From positions 1 to 59,081 of the forward strand of contig DATANP010000599.1 of the NCBI GenBank assembly GCA_036266195.1: DNA of 59,081 nt, in the 5' to 3' direction. The notes beneath the pieces were generated by a model that made no database searches, was not told the DNA's origin, and was given only the letters and a program-made list of their open reading frames with translations. Source of the DNA: Thermoanaerobaculia bacterium. GTDB taxonomy: Bacteria > Acidobacteriota > Thermoanaerobaculia > Multivoradales > UBA5704. Positions 35,958-48,800 of the stretch are shown here, in pieces (the first letter of the stretch is position 1; every line of letters starts with the position of its first letter). Position numbers and translations under genes: made by a program.

Positions 35958-36695
35958 ATGAAAACGTTGATTTCACACCTTGGAAGCCTGAGCCTTCTGA
36001 TCCATCTCGCGGCCGCACCCGTCGTCGCCGAGACGTCAGCGGCCGGCCCGGCAGCGGGGATGGAGCTCCTTTCGGGTATCGCGTACTGGAGCGGGTCTCA
36101 GGTTCAAGTTCTGATGCTGTCGCGCCCGAGAGTTCCAACGGTCCCTCTGAAAGAGGCCAAGGAGTCGCCTCGCGACCCCTTCACCGTGCTGAGCGAGCAG
36201 CCCGGATTGTATGAAGGAACGCCACTGGTTCTGGTCGAATCAACGCTGGAGGCGGGCCCGGAGAAGACTTTATGGAGGGGGCGTGCGAAAGAGCTCAAGT
36301 TTCAGACGATCGAGGCCTGGTTTGATGCTGACGTGGTTCGCGACGCAGTTACGGGAGCGATCTATGTCGTTGTTCTCCAAGGCGAGCCGGGCAGTCTTGA
36401 ACTCCGAGTGTTTCCTGTAGCGAGACCCAGCAGCAATACATCGCTCGATACAGTGCCCGAAACTCTCGTGCCACGGGCGAAGTTCCTGATCTCTCTCTGG
36501 TCCGACGAGTTTTGCGACAGCCGCGAGTTGGACGTCAGCTCCGACCGGGCTGGATTGTTGCTCACGATGAAAGCCACCGATTCCAAATGCCGTCAGATCG
36601 GTTATCGCTTCGATCCGGAGAGCGATACCTGGACGCAGGTGTCCCTGAAGCGAGTCGAGCCGTCCAAGCCGAAGGAAAAGAATGGGAATGGTTGA
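35958..36695 (+). CDS. Signal-peptide protein (245 aa) cognate to paralogue B (candidate immunity/accessory)
   Basis: Starts 7 nt after the stop of B. Signal peptide is MKTLISHLGSLSLLIHLAAAPVVAETS. No recognised motif. Confidence 0.65.
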   Translation: MKTLISHLGSLSLLIHLAAAPVVAETSAAGPAAGMELLSGIAYWSGSQVQVLMLSRPRVPTVPLKEAKESPRDPFTVLSEQPGLYEGTPLVLVESTLEAGPEKTLWRGRAKELKFQTIEAWFDADVVRDAVTGAIYVVVLQGEPGSLELRVFPVARPSSNTSLDTVPETLVPRAKFLISLWSDEFCDSRELDVSSDRAGLLLTMKATDSKCRQIGYRFDPESDTWTQVSLKRVEPSKPKEKNGNG

Positions 36696-36808
36696 TCTCA
36701 TGATCCGTCCCTCTTCAGGAGCCTGTCCTTGCTTTATGCAGGCGGTGCGGGTGCCCTGTTGATTTCGCGGGAGAGCGGGGAAACCCGCGCGCTGAGGAGA
36801 GCGAGCTA

Positions 36809-39800
36809 ATGCCGAACAAGGGGATCTGGAACTCTTTGATGGACCGGAGGCAGGTGGGCCTTTTCTGTCTGGCCACTGCCTTCCTGCTCGCGTTCGCCGG
36901 CCCGGCCGCGGCCCAGGCCGGCCCGAGTTGCACGGCGAGCCTGCTCAACCGGACCGTGGTACCGGCCGAGGATGGCTCGTTTTTCTTCACCGGCATCCCC
37001 GCCGAGCTCGGCCTCTTTCGTGTCCGCCTGGCCTGCGAAGGCAGCGGCGTCTCCTATGGCCAGTCCGGTCTTTTCTCTTTCATCCCCAACAGCTTCGTGC
37101 TCATCGGCCCCATCCAGTTCGGCGACGTCAGCCCCATTCCCGTTGCGCTCGAGATCTCGGCCACCAAGACCACGCTTAGACAGCTCAACGAGACAGTCCA
37201 GCTCCGGGTGGACGGCATCATCGCCGACGGCCGCCTGATCGACATGACGTCGAGCGAAGGCGGGACGGTCTACATGTCGAGCAACGAGCAGCTCGCCACG
37301 GTCAGCCGCGACGGCCTCGTCACGGCCAGGGCGCGCGGCACGGTCTTCATCACCGTCCGCCGTGAAGGTGTGATCGGCGCCATCCAGATCGATCTCAACA
37401 TCCCTGCCGACGTAGACGGCGACGGCATGTCGGACGAGTTCGAGACCCTCAACGGCCTCGACCCCAGCGATCCCACCGACGCGCTCGAAGATCCCGACGG
37501 CGACGGACTGAGCAACCTCCAGGAGTTCCAACTCGGCACCAGCGTCGACTCCGACGACAGCGACGGCGACGGCATCTTCGACGGCGAGGAGGTCGCGATC
37601 GGAACTCTTCCCGCCAACCCGGACACCGACGGCGACGGCCTGATGGACGGCGACGAGATCGTGCGCCAGACCAACGCCCTTTCCGCCGACTCGGATGGCG
37701 ATCGCATCCTCGACGGCCTGGAGGTGGACCTCGGGACCAACCCGTTGGTTCCGAACGCCACCACCACGGTCGTCGGCCAGGTTGTCGACGACATCGGCTC
37801 GGCCGTGCCCGGCGCGGCCGCGGTCGCTTTCGGACGCCTGGTCGCCACCAGCGGCTTCGGCGGCGAGTTCCTGCTCGCCAACGTCCCGGCCGACCAGGGC
37901 AACCTGGTCATCTTCTCGCGCCTGATCCGGGACAGCCAGGTGCTCGACGGCCGCTCGCAACCGACGCCGCCGGCCGCCGGCGGTATCACCGACGTGGGCA
38001 TCATCCGGCTGGGCGAGATCAGCGGCCGGCTCACCGGCCGGGTGCTCGATCCGCGTGGCAACACGGTTGCCGGCGCCCGCGTGACCGTGCTGACCGGCGT
38101 CGATCGGCGTCAGGTCAACACCGACGTCACGGGTTTCTATGAAATGGATCGCCTGCCCCCCGGGCCGATCCAGGTGCAGGCGCTCGATCCGCGCACGTCG
38201 CTGCGCGGGCGCACCCTGGGCGAGCTGGCCGACAACAGCTCGGCCAACCTCGACGTGCGCCTCGGCGCCTCGGGCGACTTCGTCGGCACGGTCTTCCAGC
38301 GCGACGGCGAGACGCTGGTCGGCGCGGGCGTGGACGTCATGGCGCGTAGCCGCTCCTACTTCCAGCAGGCCGAGACCGATGGCAGCGGCAGTTACAAGCT
38401 GGAGTTCGTGCCGCTCGGCGCCTACACGCTCGACGGCAACGACGACCAGGGCAACCGCGCCCGCACGACCTCCTCGATCGAATTCACCTCCCAGGTTGTG
38501 CGCGCCGACCTCGGCTTCCTCGGCCGCGGCCGGGTCACCGGCAAGGTCGAGAACACGGCCGGCCAGGCGGTCGCCGGCGCCCAGGTGCGCACCAGTAGCC
38601 GCGGCATTTTCGATCAGGTTTTGACCGCGACCAGCGGGCCCGATGGGCGGTTCACCATCGACGGCGTGTTCGTCGGCGAGCTCACCGTGAGCGCCAACGA
38701 CCCCGCGACCGGCAACGCGGCTGCGACGTCCGCGGAAATCCGCTTCGACGGCGACAGCGAGGACGTGACGCTCGTCCTCCGCTCGACCGGAGCGGTCACC
38801 GGCACCGTCTTCGAGGTCGACGGCACGACGGTGGTGCCCGGAGCCACGGTCCGGGCTTCGGGCCTCGGCCGCACGACGACCACCAACAACGCCGGCGTCT
38901 ACCTCTTTGACCAGGCGCCTGAGGGAACGTATACCTCGCTGTCTGCGACCAAGCCGAACGGCGACTGCGGAGCGAACGAGGTCATCATCCCCGGTCCAGG
39001 CCCGGCGGCGGTGCGCAACATCGTGCTCCACGGTTTCGGCAGCCTTATCGTCACTGTGCGCTACGCCGACTCCGTGCCGGTCGTCGATACTACCGTATCC
39101 CTGTCGCCCAAGGACGGGACCTGCGGGCCGTCGCGCAGCGCGAAGACCGACGCCTTCGGCGTGGCGCGCTTCACCGACATCAACGCGGGCCGCTTCGATC
39201 TTGGCGTGGGTGAGCCGATCTGCGGTCTCGGCCGCTCCAGCGAAGTGTCGGTGAGCGCCGGCACGACCGGGCAGGCCAACGTCACCTTCCCGCCGTTCGG
39301 CGGAATCGGCGGACGGGTGTTCCGGCCGGATGGGGTGACGCCGATTCCCAACATGCGGGTAAAGCTGAGCAGCAAGTCCACGGCCACCGATTTGAGCGGC
39401 TCCTTCCACTTCGCCTGCGTGGTGGCGGGTACCTACGATCTCGAGGCGCTGGACAACAGCAGCACCGTGCTGGCGCGCGCCACGGGTGTGAGCCTCGAGC
39501 GCCAGGCGCAGGAGGTGCGGCGCGACCTGGTGATCGTCAAGCGCGGGACGGTCGAGGGGACGGTGCTCGATCCCAACGGCAACCCGGCTGTCGGCGTCGC
39601 GGTCTCGGTCGGCAGCCCCGGCCCCTCGCGTTCCGTGCGCACCGACGCCACGGGCTTCTACCGCGCCACCGGCGTCTTCGCCGGCCACGTACAGGTCACC
39701 GCCCGCGACGGCAACTTCGAGGGCCGCGGCGAAGGAGAGATCACCGAAGAGGGCCAGGTGATCACGATCGACGTCCAGATGGAAGGCGACCAGGTCCTGG

Positions 39801-42800
39801 CTCAGCTTTACGATGCCAACAACTATTTCTATCCGATCCAATATCCGAACGGCAGCATCCTGGACGGAACGCTGGACCTGTTCCGTGGCAATGGCGACAA
39901 GAACCGCGGCGGCTTCCGCCTCGAGTTGGGACAGGCCGGGACGTTCCACCCGTTCCAGGCCACCACGTCGGCCATCGGTCTTCAGGGTCGCGAGGTCCTG
40001 CTGAGCGGCGGCGATGCGAGCGGTCTCACGGTCAGCCGCCGGGTCTTCGTGCCGGTCGAGGGCTACTTCTCCCGCTACCTCGAAATCCTTTCCAATCCGA
40101 CGGCCAACCCGATCACGGTCGACGTCGGCGTCAGCTCTTTCTTCCGCTTCGTGCGCAACGTCCAGGATGGCGCCACGTTCACGGATCCGCCGGAGATCTT
40201 CGGCACCTCGAGTGGCGACAACCGCCTCGTGGCCGGCGGTTCCAGCCCCGACCGCTGGGCGATCATCGACGTGCAACTGCCGGACCGCTCGACCCTGCGG
40301 ACGCTCTATCCGACTGCGGCGCACGTGTTCGACGGCGACGGCGGCTCGCGCGCCGCCAACGCCGCGACGTTCGACGTCGATTTCGGCGCTCAATACGGCC
40401 GGCTGCGAACGGTCTGGTCGGGCGTCACCGTGCCGCCGGGCAAGACGGTGGTCCTGTTGCACTTCGGCGTCCAGGAGACCGGATTCCTGGCGGCGCGCGC
40501 GGCTGCGGCCCGACTGGTGCAACTTCCGCCGGAAGCGCTCGACGGGCTCACCGTCGAACAGATCGATGCGATCGCCAACTTCGCCGTGCCGGCCGGCGGC
40601 GGCAGCAACCTGGCACCTCTGCCGGCGCTCGACGGCACCGCCACCGGCACGGTCTTCGAGACCAACGGCACGACGCCGGTGCCCGGCGCGCCAGTACGGT
40701 TGCGCAGCAACAATCCAATTTTCCAGCGCCTCCTCCAGGTCAGGTCGGACAGCGGCGGCCGCTACCAGGTGCGGACGGTCTTCAACAATTCGGGCGGCTC
40801 GGTCGTGGTGCCGCGGGATGCGTTCACCGTCGATGCCGACCATCCGGTCAGCCGCGTCAAGTCACCCCCATACGTGGGCGAGTTCGCGGGCGGCTCCGCG
40901 ACCGCCACGCGCGACATCGTGTTCACCGACACAAGCACTGTCACGGGCACCGTGCGCCGTGCCAATGGCGAGGTCGTGAGCAACGGCTCGGTCCGTCTCA
41001 CCGGCTTCCAGGCACTGATCGCTCTCACCGCGAATCTGCCGACCGACGGCACGTTCCGCTTCGAGGGCCTGCCGCCCGGCTCCTACACCGTGGTCGTAAC
41101 CCAGCCGCACCCGCAGGGCTCCGGCCTTTCGGCCGCCGTCTCGGCCACGGTCACCGCCGGTGGGCAGACGGTGGTCGCAAACGTCACGTTCCCGGCCACG
41201 GGCCGCGTCGAAGGTGTGGTGCGCGCCGGCGAAGGCTTCCCGGTGGTCGCACACCTGGTCGAGCTCCTCGCTCCGTCCTTCCGGCGTGAGATGTATACGG
41301 ATACCGCCGGCCGCTATGTCTTCAACGACGCCCCGGTCGGTACCTACACGGTGCGCTCGTTGGAGCCGGGGACGAAGCTCCCGGCGACCATCCAGGTGAC
41401 CGTCACGGCTGACCAGACGGAGGTCCGCGACATCCAGTTCCGCGGCTTCGGCATCGTGGTGGTCCAGGCGTCGTACGCCGGCGGCGCGCCCGTCGACGGC
41501 GCTCCGGTCCAGATCCGCAGCCATCCGCTCGGCACCTTCTACAGCGGTGCCGGCAAGACCGACGCCGACGGCCGGCGCGAGATCGAGGACGTGCCGGTGG
41601 GCGCCTTCACGGTTCAGGCGCGCCATCCGGGCAACGTCGATCTGATCACCCAGGTATCAGGGGAGATCGCGACCGCCCGGCAGGTGGTCGTGGTGCCGAT
41701 GACGATCCTGGCGGACAATCCGCCGACCGTGGCGCTGACCGCGCCGATCGCCGGCGCCCAGGTGCTCGAAGGCACGGTCGTCACGCTGCAGGCTATAGCC
41801 GGCGACGACTACCGGGTGCAGAAGGTCGATTTCCTGGCCGGCGGCAAGGTGGTGGGTACGGCGACCACATCGCCATACTCGGTCCCCTTCATCGCCCTGG
41901 CGCTTTCCGGTGGGAACGAGATCGAGCTGCGCGCGGTGGCGACCGACAACGCGGGTCAGCAGACGTTGTCGCAGCCGGTCCGTCTGCGGGTCACCCACGA
42001 CGCCACACCGCCGATCGTCAACTTCGCCCGCCCAAGCGCCGGTGCCAGCTTCGTCGAGGGGACGACGCTCACCGTCGAGGTGATCGCCGTCGATGATGCC
42101 GGCATCGACCGGGTCGAGTTCTTCGTCCAGGGGACGCGGTTCCAGATCGTCAAGAGCGCGCCGTTCATTGCCAACCTGACGCTGCCGAGCGACGCGGCCC
42201 CCAGCGGGCCCGTGTCGGTGCCGATCTCGGCCACCGCCTACGACCGGGCCGGCAATCCGACCACGCGGACGATCTCCATCGTTGCGACGCCCGACGCGCC
42301 GCCGACCATCTCGATCAAGCAGGCGCCGCCGAGCGGCAGCGACGTGCTCGAGCGCACCACCCTGGTGCTCGAGGCAAACGCCAGCGATGACATCGGCGTC
42401 GAGGTGGACCTCCTGCTCGACGGCGAGGTCATCGGCACGCGCTCGAACGCGCCGTTCCGTTTCGAGTACAGGGTGCCGGACGCCGACGCGGTGAGCGAGC
42501 CGCTCCGCTTCGTCCTGCGGGCGGTCGACACGATCAGCCAGACGGCGGTCACGCCGTTGATCTCGCTGCGCGTCGTCGATCAGAAGGCGCCGGAGATCCA
42601 GCTCACCAGCCCCACAGTGGGGCAGGAGTTCTATGAGGGAGACAATGTCCGGATCACCGCGACGGTCACGGATGTCAACCCGATCACCGGCGTCGAGATC
42701 TTCTTCGACGGCGCCTCTCTGGGAGTGTTGACCGCGCCGCCGTATCAGATCGATTACCGGATGACGGCCGGGAGCGACCTCAGCCAGGTCGAGATCCGTG

Positions 42801-45800
42801 TGACCGCGACCAACAGCATCGGTCTGACCGGCGAGAAAAAGATCAACGTCGTGCGTCGGGCCGACGAAGAACCGCCCTTCGTCGCGCTCACCGCGCCCAA
42901 GCCCGGTACGGTCGTCACGCTCGGGGAGACGGACGTGACGATCCTCATCGACACGTCTGCCACCACCAGCCAGACCACTGGCCGCGATGCCGACGGCGAC
43001 GGCTCCACGGACACGATCCTCCGGTCCGAGGTGCTCGCCGCGCGCGAGCTGCTCAACCTGATCAGTCCGGTGACGAGCAAGGCGGCGGTCGTCTCCTACT
43101 CGACCTCCGCCTCCTTGTGGACGGGCCTTACGAACGATTTCACGACCGTTCAGAACGCGCTGACTACCATTCGCACCCTGACTCCATCCGGCACCCCGGA
43201 CTTCTCCGCCCCCCTGCGAACGGCGACCGATCAGCTCGGCGGGACCGCCGCCCGGCGCGAGGCGAGGTCGATCCAGTTCCTGTTCGGTCATGGAACAGGC
43301 GGTTTCCCGGCGGCCGAGGTCCAGCGCGCGATCGACGCCGGCGTGGTGATCCACACCTTCGCCGTCGGCTTCGGCGCCGACGCTGCTCTCTACCGCGCGA
43401 TCGCCGAGGCGACCGGTGGCGTCTTCACGGCGGTGAACGATCCGCGCGACCTGCGCGAAGTCCTGCCCGACTTCCTCGCCTTCGGCGTCGATTCCCTGGC
43501 GCTGGCCGCCGAGGCCAACGACAACCGTGCCATGGCGCAGGTGGCGTTCCGGGTGCGTTCGGCGGATGGCACGATCGATCAGACCCTGGTCGACTCCGAG
43601 GCGCCGTACGCTGCTTCCTTCAGCCTCACCTCGCTCGGCGCCGCGACCGAGCTGCTGGTCACGGCCACGGCCAAGGACGTGGCCGGCAACGAGCGCACCA
43701 CGCTGGCTGTCAATGCTACCGTGCTGCCCGGCAGCAATCCTCCGCAACTCGTGCGCATCCAGCCGCCGGCCGGCCGGTCAGGGGACAAGGTCCACGTGCT
43801 CGGTCGCTTCCTGCACCCGAACCAGAGCAACAATGCCATCACCTTCGGCGCGCTCCCTGCCACGTCGATCTCGGGCAACAAGTTCGACATCGAAGTGACC
43901 GTGCCCGCGATCACCGGCAACGTGCCGGTGAAGCTCGCCATCGGCACGCTGACCACCAACGAGATTCTGTTCCGGATCGATCGCGACGGCGACGGCCTGG
44001 CCGACGACGACGAGGCCGCGCGCGGCACCAACCCGACCGTGGCTGATACCGATGGCGACGGCGTCAAGGACGGCGACGAGGTCAACGTCTACGGCTCCAA
44101 CCCGCTCTCCACGGACAGCGATGGCGACGGCCTGTCGGACGGCTTCGAGGTGCGCTACTTCTTCGATCCGACCGTCGCGGGCGAGCAGTCGGCCGACTCC
44201 GACGGCGACGGCCTGACCAATCTCGAAGAGCAGACGGCGGGAACGGATCCGCGCAAGACCGACACCGACGGCGACGGTCTGACCGATGGCGCCGAGGTGC
44301 GGACCCACCACACCGACCCGACGCGCCAGGACACCGACGGCGGCGGCCGCACCGACAGCCAGGAGCTGGGGGAGGGGACCGATCCGCTCAACCCGGCGGA
44401 CGACCTGCCGACCGTCACCCTGCCCTACATCCTGATGGACGCCGGCGGGTACCGCTGGGATGTCCAGGGGAACGGCACCATCTCGGACGGAACGAACAAC
44501 GCCTTCGACGGTGCGTTCGACGCGTCCTTCTCGTTCTCCAGCGTGGTCTTTGCGGAGAACGACCGCCGCGAGCTCATCTTCGGCCCGCAGACCAGCAACG
44601 GCGTGAAGCGGACCCGCAAAGTCTTCGTGCCAAGCGACGACTCGTTCGTCCGGTACCTGGAGATCTTCGAGAACACGGCCACCAGCGAGCGCCAGTGGAC
44701 GCTGACCGTGTTCACCAACGTCGGCTCGGACAGCTTGACCGAGGTCTTGACGACCTCGAGCGGCGATAGCACCCTCGACCTGGCCGACGACTACATGGTG
44801 ACCGACAACAACGGCGATGGCTTCGGCAGTCCGGCGGTGGCCCAGGTCTTCGCCGGCCCCAATGCCCGGCTGCGGCCGAGCCAGTTTGGTTTCTGGTTCA
44901 CGAACAAGGACCTGAGCCGCTTCGAGTACACGCTCAGGATCCCGGCGGGCCAGCGCGCCATCGTCATGCACTTCGGCTCCCAGAGCACCATGCGGGCGGG
45001 AGCGCTGGCGAGCGCCGGCAATCTGCGCGCCCTCCGCGGCTCGGCCCTGGCGGGTCTCACCCCGGCCGAGCAGGCGGACATCGTCAACTTCTTCGCCTAT
45101 CCCGACGCCGACCTCGACGGCATCTCCGACGCCGAAGAGGCGACGCTCGGCACTGATCCGAACGACGCCGACAGCGACGACGACGGCCTGTCCGACGGCG
45201 ATGAAGTGAAAAACGGTTTCGATCCGAAAAATCCGGCCGACGCCGTGACTGATCCCGACGGCGATGGTCTCGACAACGTCGCAGAGCTGCAGCGCGGGAC
45301 CGATCCGCGGAACCCGGACACCGACGCCGACGGCCTGACCGATGGCGACGAGGTGGAGAGCCGTGGCACCGACCCGCTCAAGGCGGACACCGATGCCGAC
45401 GGCCTGACCGACGGCGCCGAGGTCAACGTCCATCACACCGATCCGCTCGACAGCGATACCGACAATGGCGGCAAGGCCGACGGCGCGGAGGTTACGGACA
45501 AGACCAACCCCCTCAACGCCGCCGACGATACGGTGCCGCTGCCGCGCACCTTGACCGACAATGCCGGCTTCCTCTGGGACATCCAGACCTACGGCGGCAT
45601 CGGTGATGGCAGCGCTGATGCCTTCGATGACGCGTTCGGGCTCAATGTCGACAACGGACCGAACCAGACCTTCTCCAAGGCGTTGACCGAAGCGGAGGTG
45701 CGTGAGCTCGTCCTCGGCCCCTGGTCGCAGAGCAGCGGGTTGAAGGTGCGCCGCAAGGTCTTCGTGCCGGCGAACGACGCGCTGGTGCGTTACCTGGAGA

Positions 45801-48800
45801 TCCTGGAAAATCCGGGAACGAGCGATATCGAGACGGTTGTCCAGATATTCACCAATCTGGGCACCGATTCGACCAACACCAAGGTCGTCCTCACCTCCTC
45901 GGGGGATCTCACCCTGACGAAGCAGGACCGCTGGATCATCACCGACGATTCCGACGGCACCGTCCGTCCGGCCGTGACGCTCCTCTTTGCCGGCGCCAAC
46001 GCCCGCGTCCGGCCGGACACCGCCACGCTCACCGGCGACAGCTTCATGGTCGCCTACCGCGTGAAGGTCCCCGCCGGCGGCCGGTCGATCCTGATGCACT
46101 TCGCCACGCAACGGACGCGGCAGAACGAGGCGCTGCTCAGCGCCCAGGCGGTTTCGGCGCTCGGCGGCCAGGCGCTCGCCGCACTCGATCCGGCCGAGCA
46201 GGCGGACATCGTCAACTTCTTCGCCTTCCCCGATGCCGATCAGGACGGTCTCTCCGACGCCGACGAGTCGAGCCGTGGCACGGACCCCAACGACGCCGAC
46301 AGCGACGATGACGGCCTGCTCGATGGTTTCGAGACCAAGAACGGTTTCGATCCCAGGACGGCGGGGGAGGCCGGCGCCGACCCCGACGGCGACGGTAGGA
46401 CCAACCTCGACGAACAGCAGGCGGGAACCGATCCGAACGATGCCGACAGCGATGACGACGGCGCGAGCGATGGCGTCGAAGCGACCGCAGGCAGCGATCC
46501 GCTCGACCGCGATACCGATCGCGACGGGTTGCTGGACGGCGCCGAGATCGGCATCTTTCACAGTGATCCGAATCGGACGGATAGCGACGCCGGCGGCCGG
46601 ACCGATGGGCAGGAGGTGCTCGAGGACGGCACCAATCCTGTCGACGCGAGCGATGATGCTGTCTCCAGATTCAACTTCAACTTGAGCGACAGCGGCGGTA
46701 CACAGTGGGACCTCGCTGGTGACGCCAGCAACTATGTTACAAGCGTACTATCTTCGGCTGCCAGATTGCTGATAACGAAGCTGCCCATCACTTTCGCCAG
46801 CAGTCTCTCGTATGGATCGTTCTTCTATCCTGATATCGGGGAGGGTCGCCGCGAGCTCCGGACGGCGCCGGAGCAGGTCCAGGGGATCACGATAACGCGC
46901 AAGTTCTTCGTTCCTGCGAATGACGCCTTCATCCGCTACCTGGAGATCGTCGAGAACCCCACGGCTTCGGATCTCCAGGTGAGGTTGAGCCTCTATTCGG
47001 GCCTCGACTCGTCCACGGTCATCCAGCTTCTCGCCACCTCCTCGGGCGATCTCACGGTGACCCTGCGCGACCGCTCGCTCGTGGTGGACGATCAGGACGG
47101 CAAGACCGACCCGCGCGTGCTCCATGTCTTCGCTGGCCCGAACGGCCGCGTGTTCCCCAGCCAGGTCAAGGTCAGCACCGAGCAGTTCTCGAACGAGGAC
47201 GTCCGCTATGACTTCGACCTGACGATCCCGCCGGGCGGCCGGCGCATCGTCATGCACTTCCTCTCCCTCCGGCCGGATCTGGCCTCCGCGGTCACCCAGG
47301 CCGGCCGGCTGGAGGCGCTGCTCGGCTCCGCGCTGGTCGGACTGTCGCCCTCCGAGCAGGCCGACATCGTCAACTTCTACGCCTATCTCGACACCGACCT
47401 CGACGGCCTCTCCGACGCCGAGGAGGCAGCGCGCGGCACGAACCCGAACAATCCCGACAGCGATGGCGACGGTGTCCGGGACGGCATCGAGGTGCGCCAC
47501 GGCAACGATCCGCTCAGCCCCGCGGATGGCTCGACCGACTCCGACGGCGATGGTCTCTCCGACGCGGGCGAGCAGACCGCCGGCACCAATCCGGACGACC
47601 CCGACACCGAGCACGACGGCCTCGCCGACGGCCCCGAGGTGCTGACCTACGGCAGCGATCCGTTCGTGGCCGACAGCGACCTCGACGGCATCACCGACGG
47701 CGAGGAGGTCGCGGTCCATGGCACGCACCCGGCCAAGGCCGACACCGACGGTGGCGGTCGCAATGACGGCGACGAGATCCTGCGCGATGAGACGAACCCG
47801 CTCGATCCGGCCGACGACTCGACAGCGAGGACCCTCCCCGTGACCCTGCTCGACGGCGGAGGCCTGAAGTGGGACGTGCAGACGTCGGGCATCATCCGCC
47901 TGGGCGACAGCGGCGCGTTCGGCTCCGGCGGGGGTGGCTATCAGCTCCGGGTGAGCGGAACCTCCTTCCCAGGCTCCGGGGAGGCGTTGACGACCCTGGC
48001 CGGGCGCCAGCTCGCGATCGGTCCGTGGAGACGGCAGGACGGCCTCGAAGTACGGCGGAGGGTCTTCGTACCGGCCGATGACAGGTTCATCCGCTACCTC
48101 GAGATCTTCGAGAACAACGGCGGAGACCCCCTTGCGATCACGGCCGAGATTCGCAGCGACCTGGGCTCCAGCACGGGCACCCGTCTCATCGTCGAGTCGA
48201 GCCGGGACGGACTCCTGGGCCTCGACGACAACTACCTCGTCACGGACGACGCCGGCGACGGTACCTTCTTCGGAAAACCGGCTATCACCCATGTCTGGGC
48301 CGGCCCTGGTGGGCGCATTCGCCCTGCCCTGGTCTCTCTGACGAGCAGCGGAAGGTTCACCTTCCGATACGACTTCACCGTGCCGCCGGGAGAGCGCGTC
48401 ATCCTGATGCACTTCGGCGCCCAGAACAAGGTCCGCGCCTCGGCCGTCTTCAAGGCGCCCGACCTGGAGCGGCTGCGCGGCGCCGCCATCCTCGGGCTCA
48501 CGGCGGACGAGCAGGCCGACATCGTCAACTTCTTCGCCTATCCGGACGCCGACAGCGACGGCCTTTCCGACGCCGACGAGCAGGCGCATGGCACCGATCC
48601 GAACAACGCCGACACCGACGGCGACGGCATCAAGGACGGCCGCGAGGTGGAGAACGGCCTCGATCCGCTCAACGCAGTCGACGGCGCAGCCGACCGCGAC
48701 GCCGACGGCCTGTCCAACGCCGCCGAGGAGGCGGCCGGCACGCTGATCTCCGATCCGGACACTGACGACGACGGTCTGACGGACGGCGCCGAAGTGAACG

